Shown: positions 19,969 through 31,361, counted from the first letter of the stretch. The stretch: 64,000 nucleotides of DNA from an uncultured Pseudomonadota bacterium (GCA_942491885.1 CALOCQ010000010.1:13907-77906); one strand, 5' to 3'. The notes: a model not told the origin generated them from the letters alone. A program made the numbers and translations.

Positions 19969-20423
19969 CAGTCGGCAACCTGTTTTTGCAGCATGGTCGT
20001 GCGCAGGATGGTGCAGACGATCTCGTCGTGCTGGTTGTACACAAAATGCTTGAACACAACGATGCCGGCGTTGGGCCGCGACTTGCTTTCACGGCGATGC
20101 GTGACTTCCGTTTCCACGCGCAGCGTGTCGTTGATGAAAACCGGTTTCGGGAAGGTCATTTCGCCGAAACCAAGGTTAATGACCAACGTGCCGAGGGTCG
20201 TGTCCTCGACACTGATGCCGGTGGCGAAAGAAACCGTCCACAGGCTGTTAACCACGCGCTGGCCGAACTCTGTGCGCTTGGCGTATTCGGCGTCGAGGTG
20301 CAGCGGCTGCGGGTTGTGGGTCAGCGCGCAAAACATGACGTTGTCGGCCTCGGTGACCGTGCGATGCATGCGGTGCGAGATGCGTTGACCGACTTCGGTT
20401 TGCTCGTAGAAAAGTCCTGGCAT
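19968..20423 (-). CDS. MaoC-like (hot-dog fold) enoyl-CoA hydratase/dehydratase
   Basis: 151 aa. The FCALTHNPQPLHLDAEYAK motif is typical of MaoC dehydratases. Confidence 0.82.
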   Translation of the reverse strand: MPGLFYEQTEVGQRISHRMHRTVTEADNVMFCALTHNPQPLHLDAEYAKRTEFGQRVVNSLWTVSFATGISVEDTTLGTLVINLGFGEMTFPKPVFINDTLRVETEVTHRRESKSRPNAGIVVFKHFVYNQHDEIVCTILRTTMLQKQVAD

Positions 20424-20449
20424 AGCGTTAGTTCCGTTGCGTGCGACGG

Positions 20450-21601
20450 CTAGCCGGTCGCGTTGAAGAGTTCCCGACCGACCAGCATGCGCCGTATTTC
20501 GGAGGTGCCGGCGCCGATTTCGTAGAGCTTCGCATCGCGTAGCAATCGACCGGTAGGGTAGTCATTGATGTAGCCGTTGCCACCCAGCGCCTGGATGGAT
20601 TGCAACGCGACCTGCGTTGCCTGCTCGGCGGTGTAGAGAATGAGCGCGGCGGCATCTGCGCGGCTGGTCAACGCGTTGTCACACGCACGACACACGGCAT
20701 ACAGATACGCGCGCGATGCGTTCAGTGCCGCATACATGTCTGCAATCTTGCCCTGCATCAGCTGGAACTCGCCGATGGGCTGACCGAATTGTTTGCGTTC
20801 ATGAATATAGGGCAACACCGTGTCCATTGCCGCCTGCATCAGCCCGACCGGGCCGGCCGCCAGAATCGCACGTTCGTAGTCGAGGCCGGACATCAGCACT
20901 TTGACGCCGCCATTGATGCTGCCGAGGACGTTGTCAGTCGGCACCGCGCAATCCTCGAACACCAGTTCGCAGGTATTCGAGCCACGCATGCCCAGTTTGT
21001 CGAGCTTTTGCGCGCGACTGAATCCGGGTGTATCGGCGTCGACGATAAAAGCGGTGATGCCGTGCGCCGCCGCGTCCGGGTCTGTCTTCGCGTAGATGAT
21101 GAACGTCTGTGCGTCGGGGCCGTTGGTGATCCACATCTTGTTGCCGTTGAGGACGAAATTATCGCCATCGCGGCGTGCGCGCAGCGACATGCTGACGACG
21201 TCGGACCCGGCGCCGGGCTCGGACATCGCCAGCGCGCCGACATGCTCACCGCTGCACAACGCGGGCAGATAGCGCGCTTTCTGCGCCTCGGTGCCGTTGC
21301 GAAAGATCTGGTTAACACACAGATTCGAGTGCGCACCGTACGAGAGGCCAACGGAACCCGAGGCGCGTGAGATCTCTTCCATCGCAACCGCATGCGCGAG
21401 ATAGCCGAGGCCGCTGCCGCCGTACTGCGGGTCTACGGTAATTCCGAGTAAGCCCATGTCACCGAGTTTGGCCCACAGGTCATTCGGAAATTCGTTGTCA
21501 CGATCGATGGCTGCAGCGCGCGGCGCAATTTCGGCGTCCGCAAACTGTTTCACGGTGTCGCGTAGCAGATCGATGTCGTCACCGAGGCAAAAATTCAGCA
21601 T
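20450..21601 (-). CDS. liuA: isovaleryl-CoA dehydrogenase
   Basis: Acyl-CoA dehydrogenase fold, 383 aa, with IVD-like sequence ([17 protein letters not shown]...[10 protein letters not shown]). It lies in an operon with the methylcrotonyl-CoA carboxylase subunits. Confidence 0.88.
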   Translation of the reverse strand: MLNFCLGDDIDLLRDTVKQFADAEIAPRAAAIDRDNEFPNDLWAKLGDMGLLGITVDPQYGGSGLGYLAHAVAMEEISRASGSVGLSYGAHSNLCVNQIFRNGTEAQKARYLPALCSGEHVGALAMSEPGAGSDVVSMSLRARRDGDNFVLNGNKMWITNGPDAQTFIIYAKTDPDAAAHGITAFIVDADTPGFSRAQKLDKLGMRGSNTCELVFEDCAVPTDNVLGSINGGVKVLMSGLDYERAILAAGPVGLMQAAMDTVLPYIHERKQFGQPIGEFQLMQGKIADMYAALNASRAYLYAVCRACDNALTSRADAAALILYTAEQATQVALQSIQALGGNGYINDYPTGRLLRDAKLYEIGAGTSEIRRMLVGRELFNATG

Positions 21602-21609
21602 GTTGTGTT

Positions 21610-23613
21610 CTATTCCTTGTCGGTTTTCGCGTCATCGGCGTCGTTGTCGATTGTGACCAGCACATCGCCGCCGTTGACCAGTTGATTAACGCTCACACGC
21701 GCCGCGGCAATGGTGCCGGCGAGCGGTGCTTTCAGTGTGTGTTCCATTTTCATGGCCTCGAGGACGAGCAGTGTCTGCCCGGCCGTGACGACATCGCCCT
21801 CGGCGCAGTCCACACGTACGACGCGCCCGGTCATCGGCGCGCGTACGTTGCCGTCGGAGTGTCGCGCTTTGGCCTCGCCGGTATCGGCCGTCGCGCGGGC
21901 GAACTGATGGCGCGCGCCGTCGATTGAGAGCACGCCGCGCCCACCTCGCATCACATAGGCAACATCGCGACTATGGCCGTCGATGATGAGCCGCAGGCGG
22001 GTTTCGCCGACCGTCGCGCTGATGTCGCTTTGCTTGTCATCGTTGTGTGCGCCAACGGGCGATGCTGCCGAGTGATCAAATGCCAACATGACTTCGGCGT
22101 TTTCGCCGTCGATTGTCAGCGCGATGGGCACCGTGTTCGGCAGGTTCGCCCGCCATCCTCGGCCTTCGTGCCAGCGCTGGTTGCCTGTACCTGCGGCGCT
22201 TCGTGTCTGATGCCAGACCAGAACAGCGGCCGCGATGCACGCCGCGCGTTGTGCTGGCGCCGATGCCAGTGATTCGGCCGCGTCCTGGATGAACCCGGTG
22301 GTCACGCCGCCCTGCGCGAACTGCGCAGTGGCAATGGCGCGGCGCAGAAACGCCAGATTGTTTGTGACGCCGAGAATCAGGTAGTCGTCCAGCGCATGAA
22401 GCATCCGTCGGCGTGCCGACTCGCGGTCATCGCCATGCACGATCAGTTTGGCAATCATCGGGTCATAGAAGACGCTGACTGTATCGCCGCCGCGCACGCC
22501 ACTGTCGATACGTGTGGTTGCATCCTCAGCGGGTAGCCGGACCGCGTCGAGTCGGCCGCTGGTCGGCAGGAAGTCGTTGTCGGCGTCCTCGGCGTAGACG
22601 CGCGCCTCAATCGCATGACCGTGCTGGCGGATTTCCTCCTGTGTGCGCGGCAGCGTTGCGCCATTGGCGACGCTGAGCTGCCACGCGACGAGATCGACGC
22701 CGGTGATCATCTCTGTCACCGGGTGCTCGACCTGCAGTCGCGTATTCATCTCCATGAAATAAAATGCGCCGTCATGATCGAGCAGGAATTCAACGGTACC
22801 GGCGCCGACGTAGTCGATCGCGCGGGCGGCTTCGATTGCGGCGTTGGCCATGTCCGCACGCAATGTATCCGATAGCCCCGGTGCCGGTGCTTCCTCGATG
22901 ATTTTCTGATGGCGGCGCTGGATCGAGCAGTCGCGGTCGAATAAATGAACAACGTTGCCATGCTGGTCGGCAAACACTTGTAACTCGATGTGTCGCGGCG
23001 CGGCGAGATACTTCTCGACCAGCATCGTCTCGTCGCCGAATGCGCCCGATGCCTCGCGTCGCGCCGCGGCCAATTCATCGCCGAACGCGTCGTCGTCTGC
23101 GACCACGCGCATGCCTTTGCCACCGCCACCGGCCGCCGCCTTCAGTAGTACCGGATAGCCGATATCCCGCGCGGCAGACTGCAACGTTGCATCATCCTGA
23201 TCGTTGCCGTGATAGCCCGGCAACAACGGCACGCCGGCCTTGTGCATGATCGCTTTCGCGGCCGACTTCGAGCCCATCGCCTCGATGGCCGCGATCGGCG
23301 GTCCGACAAACGCAATATCGTTGTCGGCGCAGGCGCTGGCGAAGCGGGCGTTTTCGGAAAGGAATCCGTAGCCGGGGTGGATCGCATCGACGCCACAGCG
23401 TTTCGCCGCGTCGATGATCACGCCGATATTCAAATAAGACGCCGCCGGCGCGTTGTCGCCGATGTGTACAGATTCGTCGGCCATCAGAACGTGCAGCGCT
23501 TCGCGGTCGGCATCCGAATAGACGGCCACGGTCGCGATACCGAGATCTTGTGCGGTGCGAATAATCCGGCAGGCGATTTCGCCGCGGTTTGCGATCAGGA
23601 GTTTGCTAAACAC
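21610..23613 (-). CDS. liuD: 3-methylcrotonyl-CoA carboxylase alpha (biotin carboxylase + BCCP) subunit
   Basis: [21 protein letters not shown] biotin-carboxylase N-terminus. C-terminal biotinyl motif LEAMKMEH. Confidence 0.9.
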   Translation of the reverse strand: MFSKLLIANRGEIACRIIRTAQDLGIATVAVYSDADREALHVLMADESVHIGDNAPAASYLNIGVIIDAAKRCGVDAIHPGYGFLSENARFASACADNDIAFVGPPIAAIEAMGSKSAAKAIMHKAGVPLLPGYHGNDQDDATLQSAARDIGYPVLLKAAAGGGGKGMRVVADDDAFGDELAAARREASGAFGDETMLVEKYLAAPRHIELQVFADQHGNVVHLFDRDCSIQRRHQKIIEEAPAPGLSDTLRADMANAAIEAARAIDYVGAGTVEFLLDHDGAFYFMEMNTRLQVEHPVTEMITGVDLVAWQLSVANGATLPRTQEEIRQHGHAIEARVYAEDADNDFLPTSGRLDAVRLPAEDATTRIDSGVRGGDTVSVFYDPMIAKLIVHGDDRESARRRMLHALDDYLILGVTNNLAFLRRAIATAQFAQGGVTTGFIQDAAESLASAPAQRAACIAAAVLVWHQTRSAAGTGNQRWHEGRGWRANLPNTVPIALTIDGENAEVMLAFDHSAASPVGAHNDDKQSDISATVGETRLRLIIDGHSRDVAYVMRGGRGVLSIDGARHQFARATADTGEAKARHSDGNVRAPMTGRVVRVDCAEGDVVTAGQTLLVLEAMKMEHTLKAPLAGTIAAARVSVNQLVNGGDVLVTIDNDADDAKTDKE

Positions 23614-23615
23614 GG

Positions 23616-25223
23616 CTACATCCGGAACACGCCGAAACGTGTCTCATCTATGGGTTGATTCAATGCGGCCGACAAAGACAGCGCGATGACGTGGCGTGTG
23701 TCGGCCGGATCTATAACGCCGTCGTCCCACAGGCGCGCCGACGCGTAGTAGGGGTGGCCCTGACGTTCGTACTGATCGATGATCGGTTGCTTGAAGTCTC
23801 GCTCGGCATCCTCGCTCCAGCTGTCGCCGCTTCTTTCTTTCTGATCGCGTTTGACCTGCGCGAGCACGCTGGCGGCTTGCTCGCCGCCCATGACGGAGAT
23901 GCGCGCGTTCGGCCACATAAACAGGAAGCGCGGGTCGTAAGCGCGACCCGCCATGCCGTAGTTGCCGGCACCGAACGAGCCGCCGATGATGACAGTGATC
24001 TTCGGCACGTTGGCGCAGGCGACCGCGTTGACCAGCTTCGCGCCGTCCTTGGCGATGCCGCGTGCTTCGTATTGGCGGCCCACCATGAAGCCTGTGATGT
24101 TTTGCAGGAAGACCAGCGGTATCTTGCGCTGTGCACACAGCTCGATGAAATGCGCGCCCTTCAGTGATGACTCGCTGAACAGGATGCCGTTGTTGCCAAG
24201 GATGCCGACCGGGTAGCCATCGATGCGCGCAAAGCCGCACACCAGCGTTTCGCCGTACAGCGCTTTGAACTCGTGGAAGTCGGAGTCGTCGACGATGCGC
24301 GCGATCACCTCGCGAACGTCGTAAGGCGTTTTGAGGTCGGGCGGTACGACGCCGTACAGCTCTTCGATGTCGTAGCGCGGCGGCAGGCTTTGCTGACGGT
24401 CGGTCTGTTCGGGCTTGACCCAGTTGAGTCGTGCGACCGCGTCGCGTGCGAGCTGCAATGCATGCTCGTCGTTTCTCGCGTAGTGGTCGGTGACGCCGGA
24501 CTCGCGGCAATGCACGTCCGCGCCACCGAGCAACTCCGCGCTGACTTCTTCGCCGGTCGCGGCCTTAACCAGTGGCGGGCCACCGAGAAAAATGGTGCCT
24601 TGGTTGGCAACGATGATGGATTCATCTGCCATCGCCGGCACGTAGGCGCCGCCGGCGGTGCATGAGCCCATGACGACCGCAATTTGTGGAATCCCCTCGG
24701 CCGACATGCGTGCCTGATTGTAAAAACAACGACCGAAGTGTTCGCGGTCCGGAAATACCTCGTCCTGCATCGGCAGGAATGCGCCGCCGGAGTCAACCAG
24801 GTAGATACACGGAAGCCGGTTTTGCGCGGCTATGGTCTGCGCCCGCAAGTGCTTCTTGCCGGTCAGCGGGTAGTAGGTGCCGCCTTTGACGGTCGCGTCG
24901 TTGGCAATGATGACGCACTCAACGCCGCTGACGCAGCCGATGCCGGTGATGATGCCGGCAGCCGGGACGGCGTCATCGTAAACATCGTGTGCCGCGAGCT
25001 GGCTGAATTCGAGGAATGCGCTGCCGGGGTCGATAAGCCGGTCTATGCGTTGGCGCACCAGCAACTTGCCACGCGAGGTATGTCGCGCCTGGCGTTCCGG
25101 GCCACCGCCTTCGGAAATCGCGCTGACCGTATCGGCGAGTTCGTCGACCAGAGCGCGCATGCGCCTGTCGTTGTCGGCGAAGTCCGGGCCGCGCGTATCG
25201 ATGCTGGATTCAATAATCGTCAT
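23616..25223 (-). CDS. liuB: 3-methylcrotonyl-CoA carboxylase beta (carboxyltransferase) subunit
   Basis: Carboxyltransferase family sequence, about 535 aa. The ATG at 25223 has a GGAG 5 nt upstream, and the liuR stop is at 25226. Confidence 0.9.
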   Translation of the reverse strand: MTIIESSIDTRGPDFADNDRRMRALVDELADTVSAISEGGGPERQARHTSRGKLLVRQRIDRLIDPGSAFLEFSQLAAHDVYDDAVPAAGIITGIGCVSGVECVIIANDATVKGGTYYPLTGKKHLRAQTIAAQNRLPCIYLVDSGGAFLPMQDEVFPDREHFGRCFYNQARMSAEGIPQIAVVMGSCTAGGAYVPAMADESIIVANQGTIFLGGPPLVKAATGEEVSAELLGGADVHCRESGVTDHYARNDEHALQLARDAVARLNWVKPEQTDRQQSLPPRYDIEELYGVVPPDLKTPYDVREVIARIVDDSDFHEFKALYGETLVCGFARIDGYPVGILGNNGILFSESSLKGAHFIELCAQRKIPLVFLQNITGFMVGRQYEARGIAKDGAKLVNAVACANVPKITVIIGGSFGAGNYGMAGRAYDPRFLFMWPNARISVMGGEQAASVLAQVKRDQKERSGDSWSEDAERDFKQPIIDQYERQGHPYYASARLWDDGVIDPADTRHVIALSLSAALNQPIDETRFGVFRM

Positions 25224-25225
25224 CT

Positions 25226-25609
25226 CTACTCCGCCAGCGCCTGCCGGCATTCCTTTTCCACCTTGCGCAGGTCGGCAAGCGTCGCTTTGAGGTCATCTGC
25301 CTGGGCCTGCAATTGCGCCTTGCGCTCCGCGAGTTTGGCAAGCAGCGCCTGGAGCTGGCGCCGCGAGCCTTCCGGCGCCTGATACAAACCGATAATTTCC
25401 GCCGACTCTTCGAGCGACAAGCCAAGCCGCTTGCCACGCAGGATTAATCTGAGGCGCACCCGGTCCGCGCCGTCGAAGTAGCGTACGCGACCTTGGCGCT
25501 CGGGCGTGAGCAGGCCTTTCTCTTCGTAGAATCGAAGCGTTCTTGTTGTGACGTCGAATTCCGAGGCGAGATCGCCGATCGAATAGAGCGTCTTGGCGGG
25601 TGTGTTCAT
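25226..25609 (-). CDS. liuR: MerR-family regulator, LiuR-like
   Basis: N-terminal MerR HTH ([26 protein letters not shown]) plus a coiled-coil. It is the first gene of the leucine-catabolic operon. Confidence 0.85.
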   Translation of the reverse strand: MNTPAKTLYSIGDLASEFDVTTRTLRFYEEKGLLTPERQGRVRYFDGADRVRLRLILRGKRLGLSLEESAEIIGLYQAPEGSRRQLQALLAKLAERKAQLQAQADDLKATLADLRKVEKECRQALAE

Positions 25610-25628
25610 CGGGGTAGTCTAACTGCCG

Positions 25629-25644
25629 TTAACGTTAACGTAAA
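25629..25644. promoter_or_regulatory. candidate LiuR (MerR-type) operator TTAACGTTAACGTAAA
   Basis: 14 of 16 positions are palindromic, with a perfect ACGTTAACGT core. It lies 20 nt upstream of the liuR ATG, in the divergent intergenic region. Confidence 0.45.
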
Positions 25645-25801
25645 TAGACCGGGTTCACATCCTGACCATTGTCCCGTTGTTGTGGCGTGCCCTGCGGGCG
25701 GCGGCATTGACGGGGTCGTGTCATAATTGACGGTCAGGCGCGTCGTGCAGGTGTTGCCAATAACGGCACACCGCGGCGAGCGGATGATGGGGCAAGAAAG
25801 C

Positions 25802-26938
25802 ATGGGGCCATTACACGGCACGCGTGTCATCGAATTGAAGGGTATCGGGCCGGGTCCGTATGCCGGCATGTTACTCGCGGACATGGGTGCCGACGTGATC
25901 GTCGTCGAGCGCGCATCCACCGCGCAAGGCATCGCGATTCCGTCCGCGGTGGATGTGCACTCGCGCAACAAACGCTCGATTGCGCTCGACCTGAAGAACC
26001 CCGCGGGGCTCGCGGCATTACTAAAACTCGTCGACGGCGCCGATGCGTTGCTTGAGGGATTTCGCCCGGGCGTGGCGGAGCGATTGGGCTGCGGGCCGGC
26101 CGAGTGCCACGCGCGCAACCCGCGGCTCGTGTATGGCCGCGTTACCGGCTGGGGACAGGATGGCCCGCTCGCGCAGTCGCCCGGTCACGACATTAATTAC
26201 ATCGGTCTGACCGGCGTGCTCGCCGCCATCGGCACCCGCGAAAAACCGCTGCCACCGCTGAACATCATCGGTGACTATGCCGGCGGCAGCCTGTTCCTCG
26301 TCATGGGCATGCTGGCAGCAATGCTGGAGGCGAAAACCTCCGGTAAGGGCCAGGTCGTCGACGCCGCGATCACCGACGGCAGCGCGAATCTGATGTCGGG
26401 CTTTTACGGCTGGCAGCAACTGGGCTTCTGGCACGCGCAGCGTGGCGGCAACCTGCTCGATGGCGCGGCGCACCACTACAATGTTTACGAGACGAGCGAC
26501 GGGGGATGGTTATCCGTCGGTGCGCTCGAGCCGCAGTTCTACACCACGTTCCTGAAACTGATGGCGCTGGACGCGTCGCGTTTCGGCGGGCAGCAACCCG
26601 TCGAACGATGGCCCGAGCTCATTGAAGCGCTTAGCGAGGTGTTCAGCAAGAAGACGCTGGCCGAGTGGTGTGACCTGCTGGAAGGCACCGACGCCTGCGT
26701 CGCGCCCGTGCTCGACATGAACGCGGCGACCCGGCACCCGCATAACGTCGCGCGCCGGACCTATGTCGATGTTGGCGGCGTCACGCAGCCGGCGCCGGCA
26801 CCGCGCTTCGACCGTACGCCCTGCGATGTGCCTTCGCCGCCCCGCGCCGAGGGCAACGACACGCGCGAGGTGCTCGCATCCGCCGGTTTCAGCGATGATG
26901 AAATCAATGCGCTAGACCGCGCCAACGCACTTACCTGA
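25802..26938 (+). CDS. CaiB/BaiF family III CoA-transferase / alpha-methylacyl-CoA racemase-like
   Basis: MGPLHGTRVIELKGIGPGPYAGMLLADMGADVIVVER closely follows the family N-terminus. Alternative upstream ATGs at 25784 and 25787. Confidence 0.85.
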   Translation: MGPLHGTRVIELKGIGPGPYAGMLLADMGADVIVVERASTAQGIAIPSAVDVHSRNKRSIALDLKNPAGLAALLKLVDGADALLEGFRPGVAERLGCGPAECHARNPRLVYGRVTGWGQDGPLAQSPGHDINYIGLTGVLAAIGTREKPLPPLNIIGDYAGGSLFLVMGMLAAMLEAKTSGKGQVVDAAITDGSANLMSGFYGWQQLGFWHAQRGGNLLDGAAHHYNVYETSDGGWLSVGALEPQFYTTFLKLMALDASRFGGQQPVERWPELIEALSEVFSKKTLAEWCDLLEGTDACVAPVLDMNAATRHPHNVARRTYVDVGGVTQPAPAPRFDRTPCDVPSPPRAEGNDTREVLASAGFSDDEINALDRANALT

Positions 26939-26972
26939 TTAATACCCGGCTTATCGCCACGGAGTTTCTGTT

Positions 26973-28775
26973 ATGTCCATGATCGTCAACCGCCGCGACC
27001 TCGATTTTTACTTGTACGAGATGTTCGATCTCGAAACCTTGTTAGGTACGCAACGTTACGGCGACTACGACCGCGAGACCATCGGCGCGGTACTCGACAG
27101 CGCCCAGCAGATTGCCGAGGAGGCATTCTATCCTTTCGCGCAGAAGCTGGATGAAAACGAACCGCGTTTCGTCGACGGCAAAGTGGTATTGATTCCCGAG
27201 GTCGCGGCGGCGCTCGAGGCATATGCGGATGCGGGGTTCGTCGCGGCGGGTTTTTCCAGCGAAGACGGCGGCATGCAATTGCCGTGGCTTGCCTATCACA
27301 TGATGAACGGCATGTTTACCTGCGCCAACACATCGGCGATGAGTTACATGTTTCTGACCACGGCGAATGCCAACATGCTGAACGCCTGTGGCAGCGATGC
27401 GTTGAAGCAGAAATTCCTGCCGCCGATGCTGGAGGGGCGCTGGTTCGGCACGATGTGTCTCTCCGAAACGCAGGCGGGTTCTTCGCTCGCCGATATCCGC
27501 ACCATGGCGACGCCGACCGATGATGGTTGCTACTCGCTGGTTGGCACAAAGATGTGGATCTCCGGCGGCGAGCAGGAGATCAGCGAGAACATCGTGCACA
27601 TGGTGCTGGCACGAACGCCGGGTGCGCCCGCCGGTGTGCGCGGGATATCGCTGTTTCTGGTGCCGAAATACCGGGTCAGCGACGACGGCAAGGTTGGCGA
27701 GTGGAACCACATCGCGCTGGCCGGGCTGAACCACAAGATGGGCAATCGCGGTACGACCAACTGCCTGCTCAACTTCGGTGAGGGAGGCGCGAGCTTCGGT
27801 TATCTCGTTGGCAATGAGAACGAAGGCCTGGCCAACATGTTTCATATGATGAACGAGGCACGCATCGGCGTCGGTCTTGGCGCCGTGATGTCGGGTCTCG
27901 GTGGCTATCTGTATTCGCTCGACTATGCACAGAGTCGGTTGCAGGGTCGCCCGGCGTCGAACAAGAATCCGGAAACACCACAGGTGCCGATTATCGAGCA
28001 TGCGGATGTGCGGCGGATGCTACTCGCACAAAAAGCCTACGTGGAGGGCGGTCAGTCACTCATTTATTACTGCGCCGAGTTGCAGGACCAGATGGCGGTG
28101 ACGAGCGATGCGACCGAGCGCGTGCGCCTGAACCTGCTGCTGGAGCTGCTAACGCCGGTCGCCAAGTCGTGGCCGTCTGAGTATTGCCTCGAGGCGAACA
28201 AACTCGCGATCCAGATTCTTGGCGGTTACGGCTACACGCGCGACTACCCGGTCGAGCGTTTTTATCGTGACAATCGTCTTAATCATATCCATGAAGGCGC
28301 GCATGCCATTCACGGGCTCGACATTCTCGGTCGCAAGGTTCGCATGGCGCACGGTGCCGCGCTGGATGCCCTGGCCGACGAAATGGCAGAGGCTATCGGC
28401 CATGCACGCGACCATGCGACCTTGCATGACTTCGCTGACGCGTTGCAGGAGGCATGGCAGCAGGTGCGCGATACCGTCAGCGTGGTTGTCGACTGCGAGG
28501 ACCGTGATCTCGGGCTCGCCAATGCAACGATTTTTCTCGATGCATTCGGCCATGTCGTCGTGGCATGGTTGTGGCTATGGCAGGCACATGCTGCCGAGCG
28601 CCAGTCGTCGGGCAACACCGCGGACGAGGCTTTCTATGCCGGCAAGCTGGCGGCGTGCCGCTACTTCTATCGTTACGAGCTACCCAAGGCGCGTGCACAA
28701 TTGGCGTTGGTCGCCTCGCTGGACGACACGAGCCTGACGATGCCGGTGGCGGCCTACACGGGCGAGACCGCTTAA
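26973..28775 (+). CDS. long-form acyl-CoA dehydrogenase (about 600 aa, extended N- and C-terminal domains)
   Basis: Acyl-CoA dehydrogenase core (FGTMCLSETQAGSSLADI...KMWISGGE) with extra terminal domains. Confidence 0.85.
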   Translation: MSMIVNRRDLDFYLYEMFDLETLLGTQRYGDYDRETIGAVLDSAQQIAEEAFYPFAQKLDENEPRFVDGKVVLIPEVAAALEAYADAGFVAAGFSSEDGGMQLPWLAYHMMNGMFTCANTSAMSYMFLTTANANMLNACGSDALKQKFLPPMLEGRWFGTMCLSETQAGSSLADIRTMATPTDDGCYSLVGTKMWISGGEQEISENIVHMVLARTPGAPAGVRGISLFLVPKYRVSDDGKVGEWNHIALAGLNHKMGNRGTTNCLLNFGEGGASFGYLVGNENEGLANMFHMMNEARIGVGLGAVMSGLGGYLYSLDYAQSRLQGRPASNKNPETPQVPIIEHADVRRMLLAQKAYVEGGQSLIYYCAELQDQMAVTSDATERVRLNLLLELLTPVAKSWPSEYCLEANKLAIQILGGYGYTRDYPVERFYRDNRLNHIHEGAHAIHGLDILGRKVRMAHGAALDALADEMAEAIGHARDHATLHDFADALQEAWQQVRDTVSVVVDCEDRDLGLANATIFLDAFGHVVVAWLWLWQAHAAERQSSGNTADEAFYAGKLAACRYFYRYELPKARAQLALVASLDDTSLTMPVAAYTGETA

Positions 28776-28946
28776 ACGTCGCCACATCGCCAGCTTGTGG
28801 TTTTATCGCGACAATATCTTAAAGATTTTAAAGACTTATGGAAGATTCGGTTTCTAAGTTCGAGCTACTCGACTATACTCGCCAGCAAGCGGCCGGATGC
28901 GGCCAGTCTTTATGATCTTTATCCAAGTATTCCATGGGGGAAAAAC

Positions 28947-31343
28947 ATGTCGATTAACAACGGGTTAAAGCGTATTGCGCAAACCAGTTTCGGCGCGGCA
29001 GCAGTATTATTGGGCGGACTTTCCGGCCAGGCGCTGGCCCAGTCAGAGCCGTTCCTTGAAGAAATCGTAGTGACCGCTGCGAAGCGCGAACAGACACTTC
29101 AGGAAGTGCCGATTGCGGTTTCTGTCACAGATGCCGACACAATCGAAAAAGCACAGATTCTCGATATTCTGGATCTGCAATCAGTTGTTCCTTCACTGCG
29201 TGTCACGCAGTTGCAGTCTTCAGCAAACACCAACTTCGTTATTCGCGGTTTCGGTAACGGCGCGAACAACGCCGGCATCGAGCCTTCAGTCGGCGTTTTC
29301 ATCGACGGCGTTTATCGTTCACGCTCGGCCGGCGCGATCTCTGATCTGCCGAACCTGCAGCGAATCGAAGTATTGCGCGGCCCGCAGAGCACGCTGTTCG
29401 GTAAGAATGCGTCCGCTGGTGTTATCAGCGTAATCACGCAGGCGCCGCAGTTCGAGTGGGGCGGCAGCGCGGAATTGGTTGCTGGCAACTACGGCCAGTT
29501 CATCGCCAAGGGCGACATCACCGGTCCGTTGACTGACAAGGTTGCGTTCAGCTTTTCGGCGAACGCAAACACGCGTGACGGTTACTTCGACAACCTCGCA
29601 GGCGGCTCTGAGCTCAACGAGCGCAACCGCTATGGCGTTCGTGGCCAGTTGCAGATTGATGCAACCGACCGCTTGTCATTCCGCATCATCGCCGACTACG
29701 ACGAAATCGACGAGAACTGCTGCGGTACGACCAACTTGTTGAACGGGCCGACCGGCGGCGCTGTTGTTGCGACCGGCGGTCAGTTAGTACCGAACCAGCC
29801 GTATTCTTATGAGACGTTCCTGAACTTCGATTCGCAGAACGAAGTCGAGAACAGCGGTATTTCTGTGCAGGCAGACATGGATTTCGACAGCTTTTCGCTG
29901 GTTTCTATCACATCGTTCCGTACACAGACCGCATTAACCAACGCTGATTCCGACTTCACCAGTGCAGACCTGATTGCACGGAACGCCGAAGACCGCGATC
30001 TCGACACCTTCACGCAGGAAATTCGCCTGAGCGGTACATTGGGCGATAGCGCTGACTGGCTGGTCGGCGGATTCTTCTTCGACGAATCCATCGATTACCA
30101 GACCGACTTCGACTACGGCGATGACTTCCGTCTGTATGCAAGCCTGTTGGGCGGCGACCCTAACCTGGCGGCCGGTGTCGAAACCGCGCTTGGTCTGCCG
30201 GTCGGCACCACATTGTGGCAGCCCGGTCAGGGCGTTGCGGAAACCGCAACCCAGGACAACCAGGCGTCGTCACTGTTTGCACAGGTTGACTTGTATCTGA
30301 CGCCGGAAACGACGCTGACACTGGGCGCCAACTACACCCAGGACGAAAAAGATGTTTCTGTCAGCCAGGTCAACACGGACATTTTTTCCAACCTTCCCCT
30401 GACCGGCACGCCTTTGGAGGGTTTGCAGCCGCTGCAGTTCCTGCCGCAGTTCCTCGCATTCCCGAACGTTGTTGAGCCGGGTAGCACGGATGACAGCGAG
30501 ACCACCTGGACCGTACGTCTGGCACAAGACCTCAGCGACAACATGAACCTGTATGTCAGCGCGGCGACCGGTTACAAGGCTTCGACCTTTAACCTGTCGC
30601 GTGATGCACGTCCGCTGGCTGCGGATATCCCGGCGCTCGAAGCGGCCGGCCTGACAGCAGCCACACCGAACCTGAACGCAGGTACGCGTTTCGCGAACCC
30701 GGAGGAGTCTACCGTCTATGAGCTGGGCCTGAAGGCGCAGTTCGATCGCGGCGCGTTTAACATCGCGATCTTCGACCAGACGATCGACGGCTTCCAGTCG
30801 AACATCTTCGTGGGTACCGGCTTCCAGCTGGCCAACGCGGGTGAGCAGGCAGCCTTCGGTATCGAGTTTGATGGTACCTGGTACCCGACGGACAACCTGC
30901 AGTTGACCTTCGCGGCCACATGGATGGATCCGGAATACGTATCGTTTGTTAACAGTGGCTCGCCAGGCCCGAACGGCGACGGCGATCTGTCGGGCGAAAC
31001 GCCTGCCGGTATCCATTCGCTGAGCACGGTCACCAGCGCGACCTACAACTGGGATCTGGCTGGCGGCAAGACTGCATACGTTCGTGCGGAGCACATCTAC
31101 GACGACAAGATTCAGGTTGTAGACAACGTTCCGGAATCGATCGCAGCACGCGAAACCAACTCGTTCAATGCGAGTGCGGGTGTCTCAACGCCGAATGGCT
31201 GGGACTTCCGTGTCTGGGGCCGTAACATCACCGATGATGAGTATTTGTACAGCGCCTTCCCGGGTGTCGCACAGGGTGGTAGCTTCAACGGCTACCCGAA
31301 CACACCGGCGACGTTCGGTGTCTCGGTCCGCAAGGTCTTCTAA
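28947..31343 (+). CDS. TonB-dependent receptor
   Basis: The ATG at 28947 follows GGGGGAAAAAC. Signal peptide ...LSGQALAQ. Plug region LEEIVVTAAKREQTLQEVPIAVSV...IEVLRGPQSTLFGKNA. C-terminal ...GVSVRKVF. Confidence 0.92.
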   Translation: MSINNGLKRIAQTSFGAAAVLLGGLSGQALAQSEPFLEEIVVTAAKREQTLQEVPIAVSVTDADTIEKAQILDILDLQSVVPSLRVTQLQSSANTNFVIRGFGNGANNAGIEPSVGVFIDGVYRSRSAGAISDLPNLQRIEVLRGPQSTLFGKNASAGVISVITQAPQFEWGGSAELVAGNYGQFIAKGDITGPLTDKVAFSFSANANTRDGYFDNLAGGSELNERNRYGVRGQLQIDATDRLSFRIIADYDEIDENCCGTTNLLNGPTGGAVVATGGQLVPNQPYSYETFLNFDSQNEVENSGISVQADMDFDSFSLVSITSFRTQTALTNADSDFTSADLIARNAEDRDLDTFTQEIRLSGTLGDSADWLVGGFFFDESIDYQTDFDYGDDFRLYASLLGGDPNLAAGVETALGLPVGTTLWQPGQGVAETATQDNQASSLFAQVDLYLTPETTLTLGANYTQDEKDVSVSQVNTDIFSNLPLTGTPLEGLQPLQFLPQFLAFPNVVEPGSTDDSETTWTVRLAQDLSDNMNLYVSAATGYKASTFNLSRDARPLAADIPALEAAGLTAATPNLNAGTRFANPEESTVYELGLKAQFDRGAFNIAIFDQTIDGFQSNIFVGTGFQLANAGEQAAFGIEFDGTWYPTDNLQLTFAATWMDPEYVSFVNSGSPGPNGDGDLSGETPAGIHSLSTVTSATYNWDLAGGKTAYVRAEHIYDDKIQVVDNVPESIAARETNSFNASAGVSTPNGWDFRVWGRNITDDEYLYSAFPGVAQGGSFNGYPNTPATFGVSVRKVF

Positions 31344-31361
31344 ACAGACCTGAAGAAACAA

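Noticed and set aside
23644-24510. 288-aa alternative-frame ORF on the same strand as the MCC beta subunit gene
   Set aside because: The translation is extremely Arg/Pro/Ala-rich. The carboxyltransferase frame is clearly the coding one.
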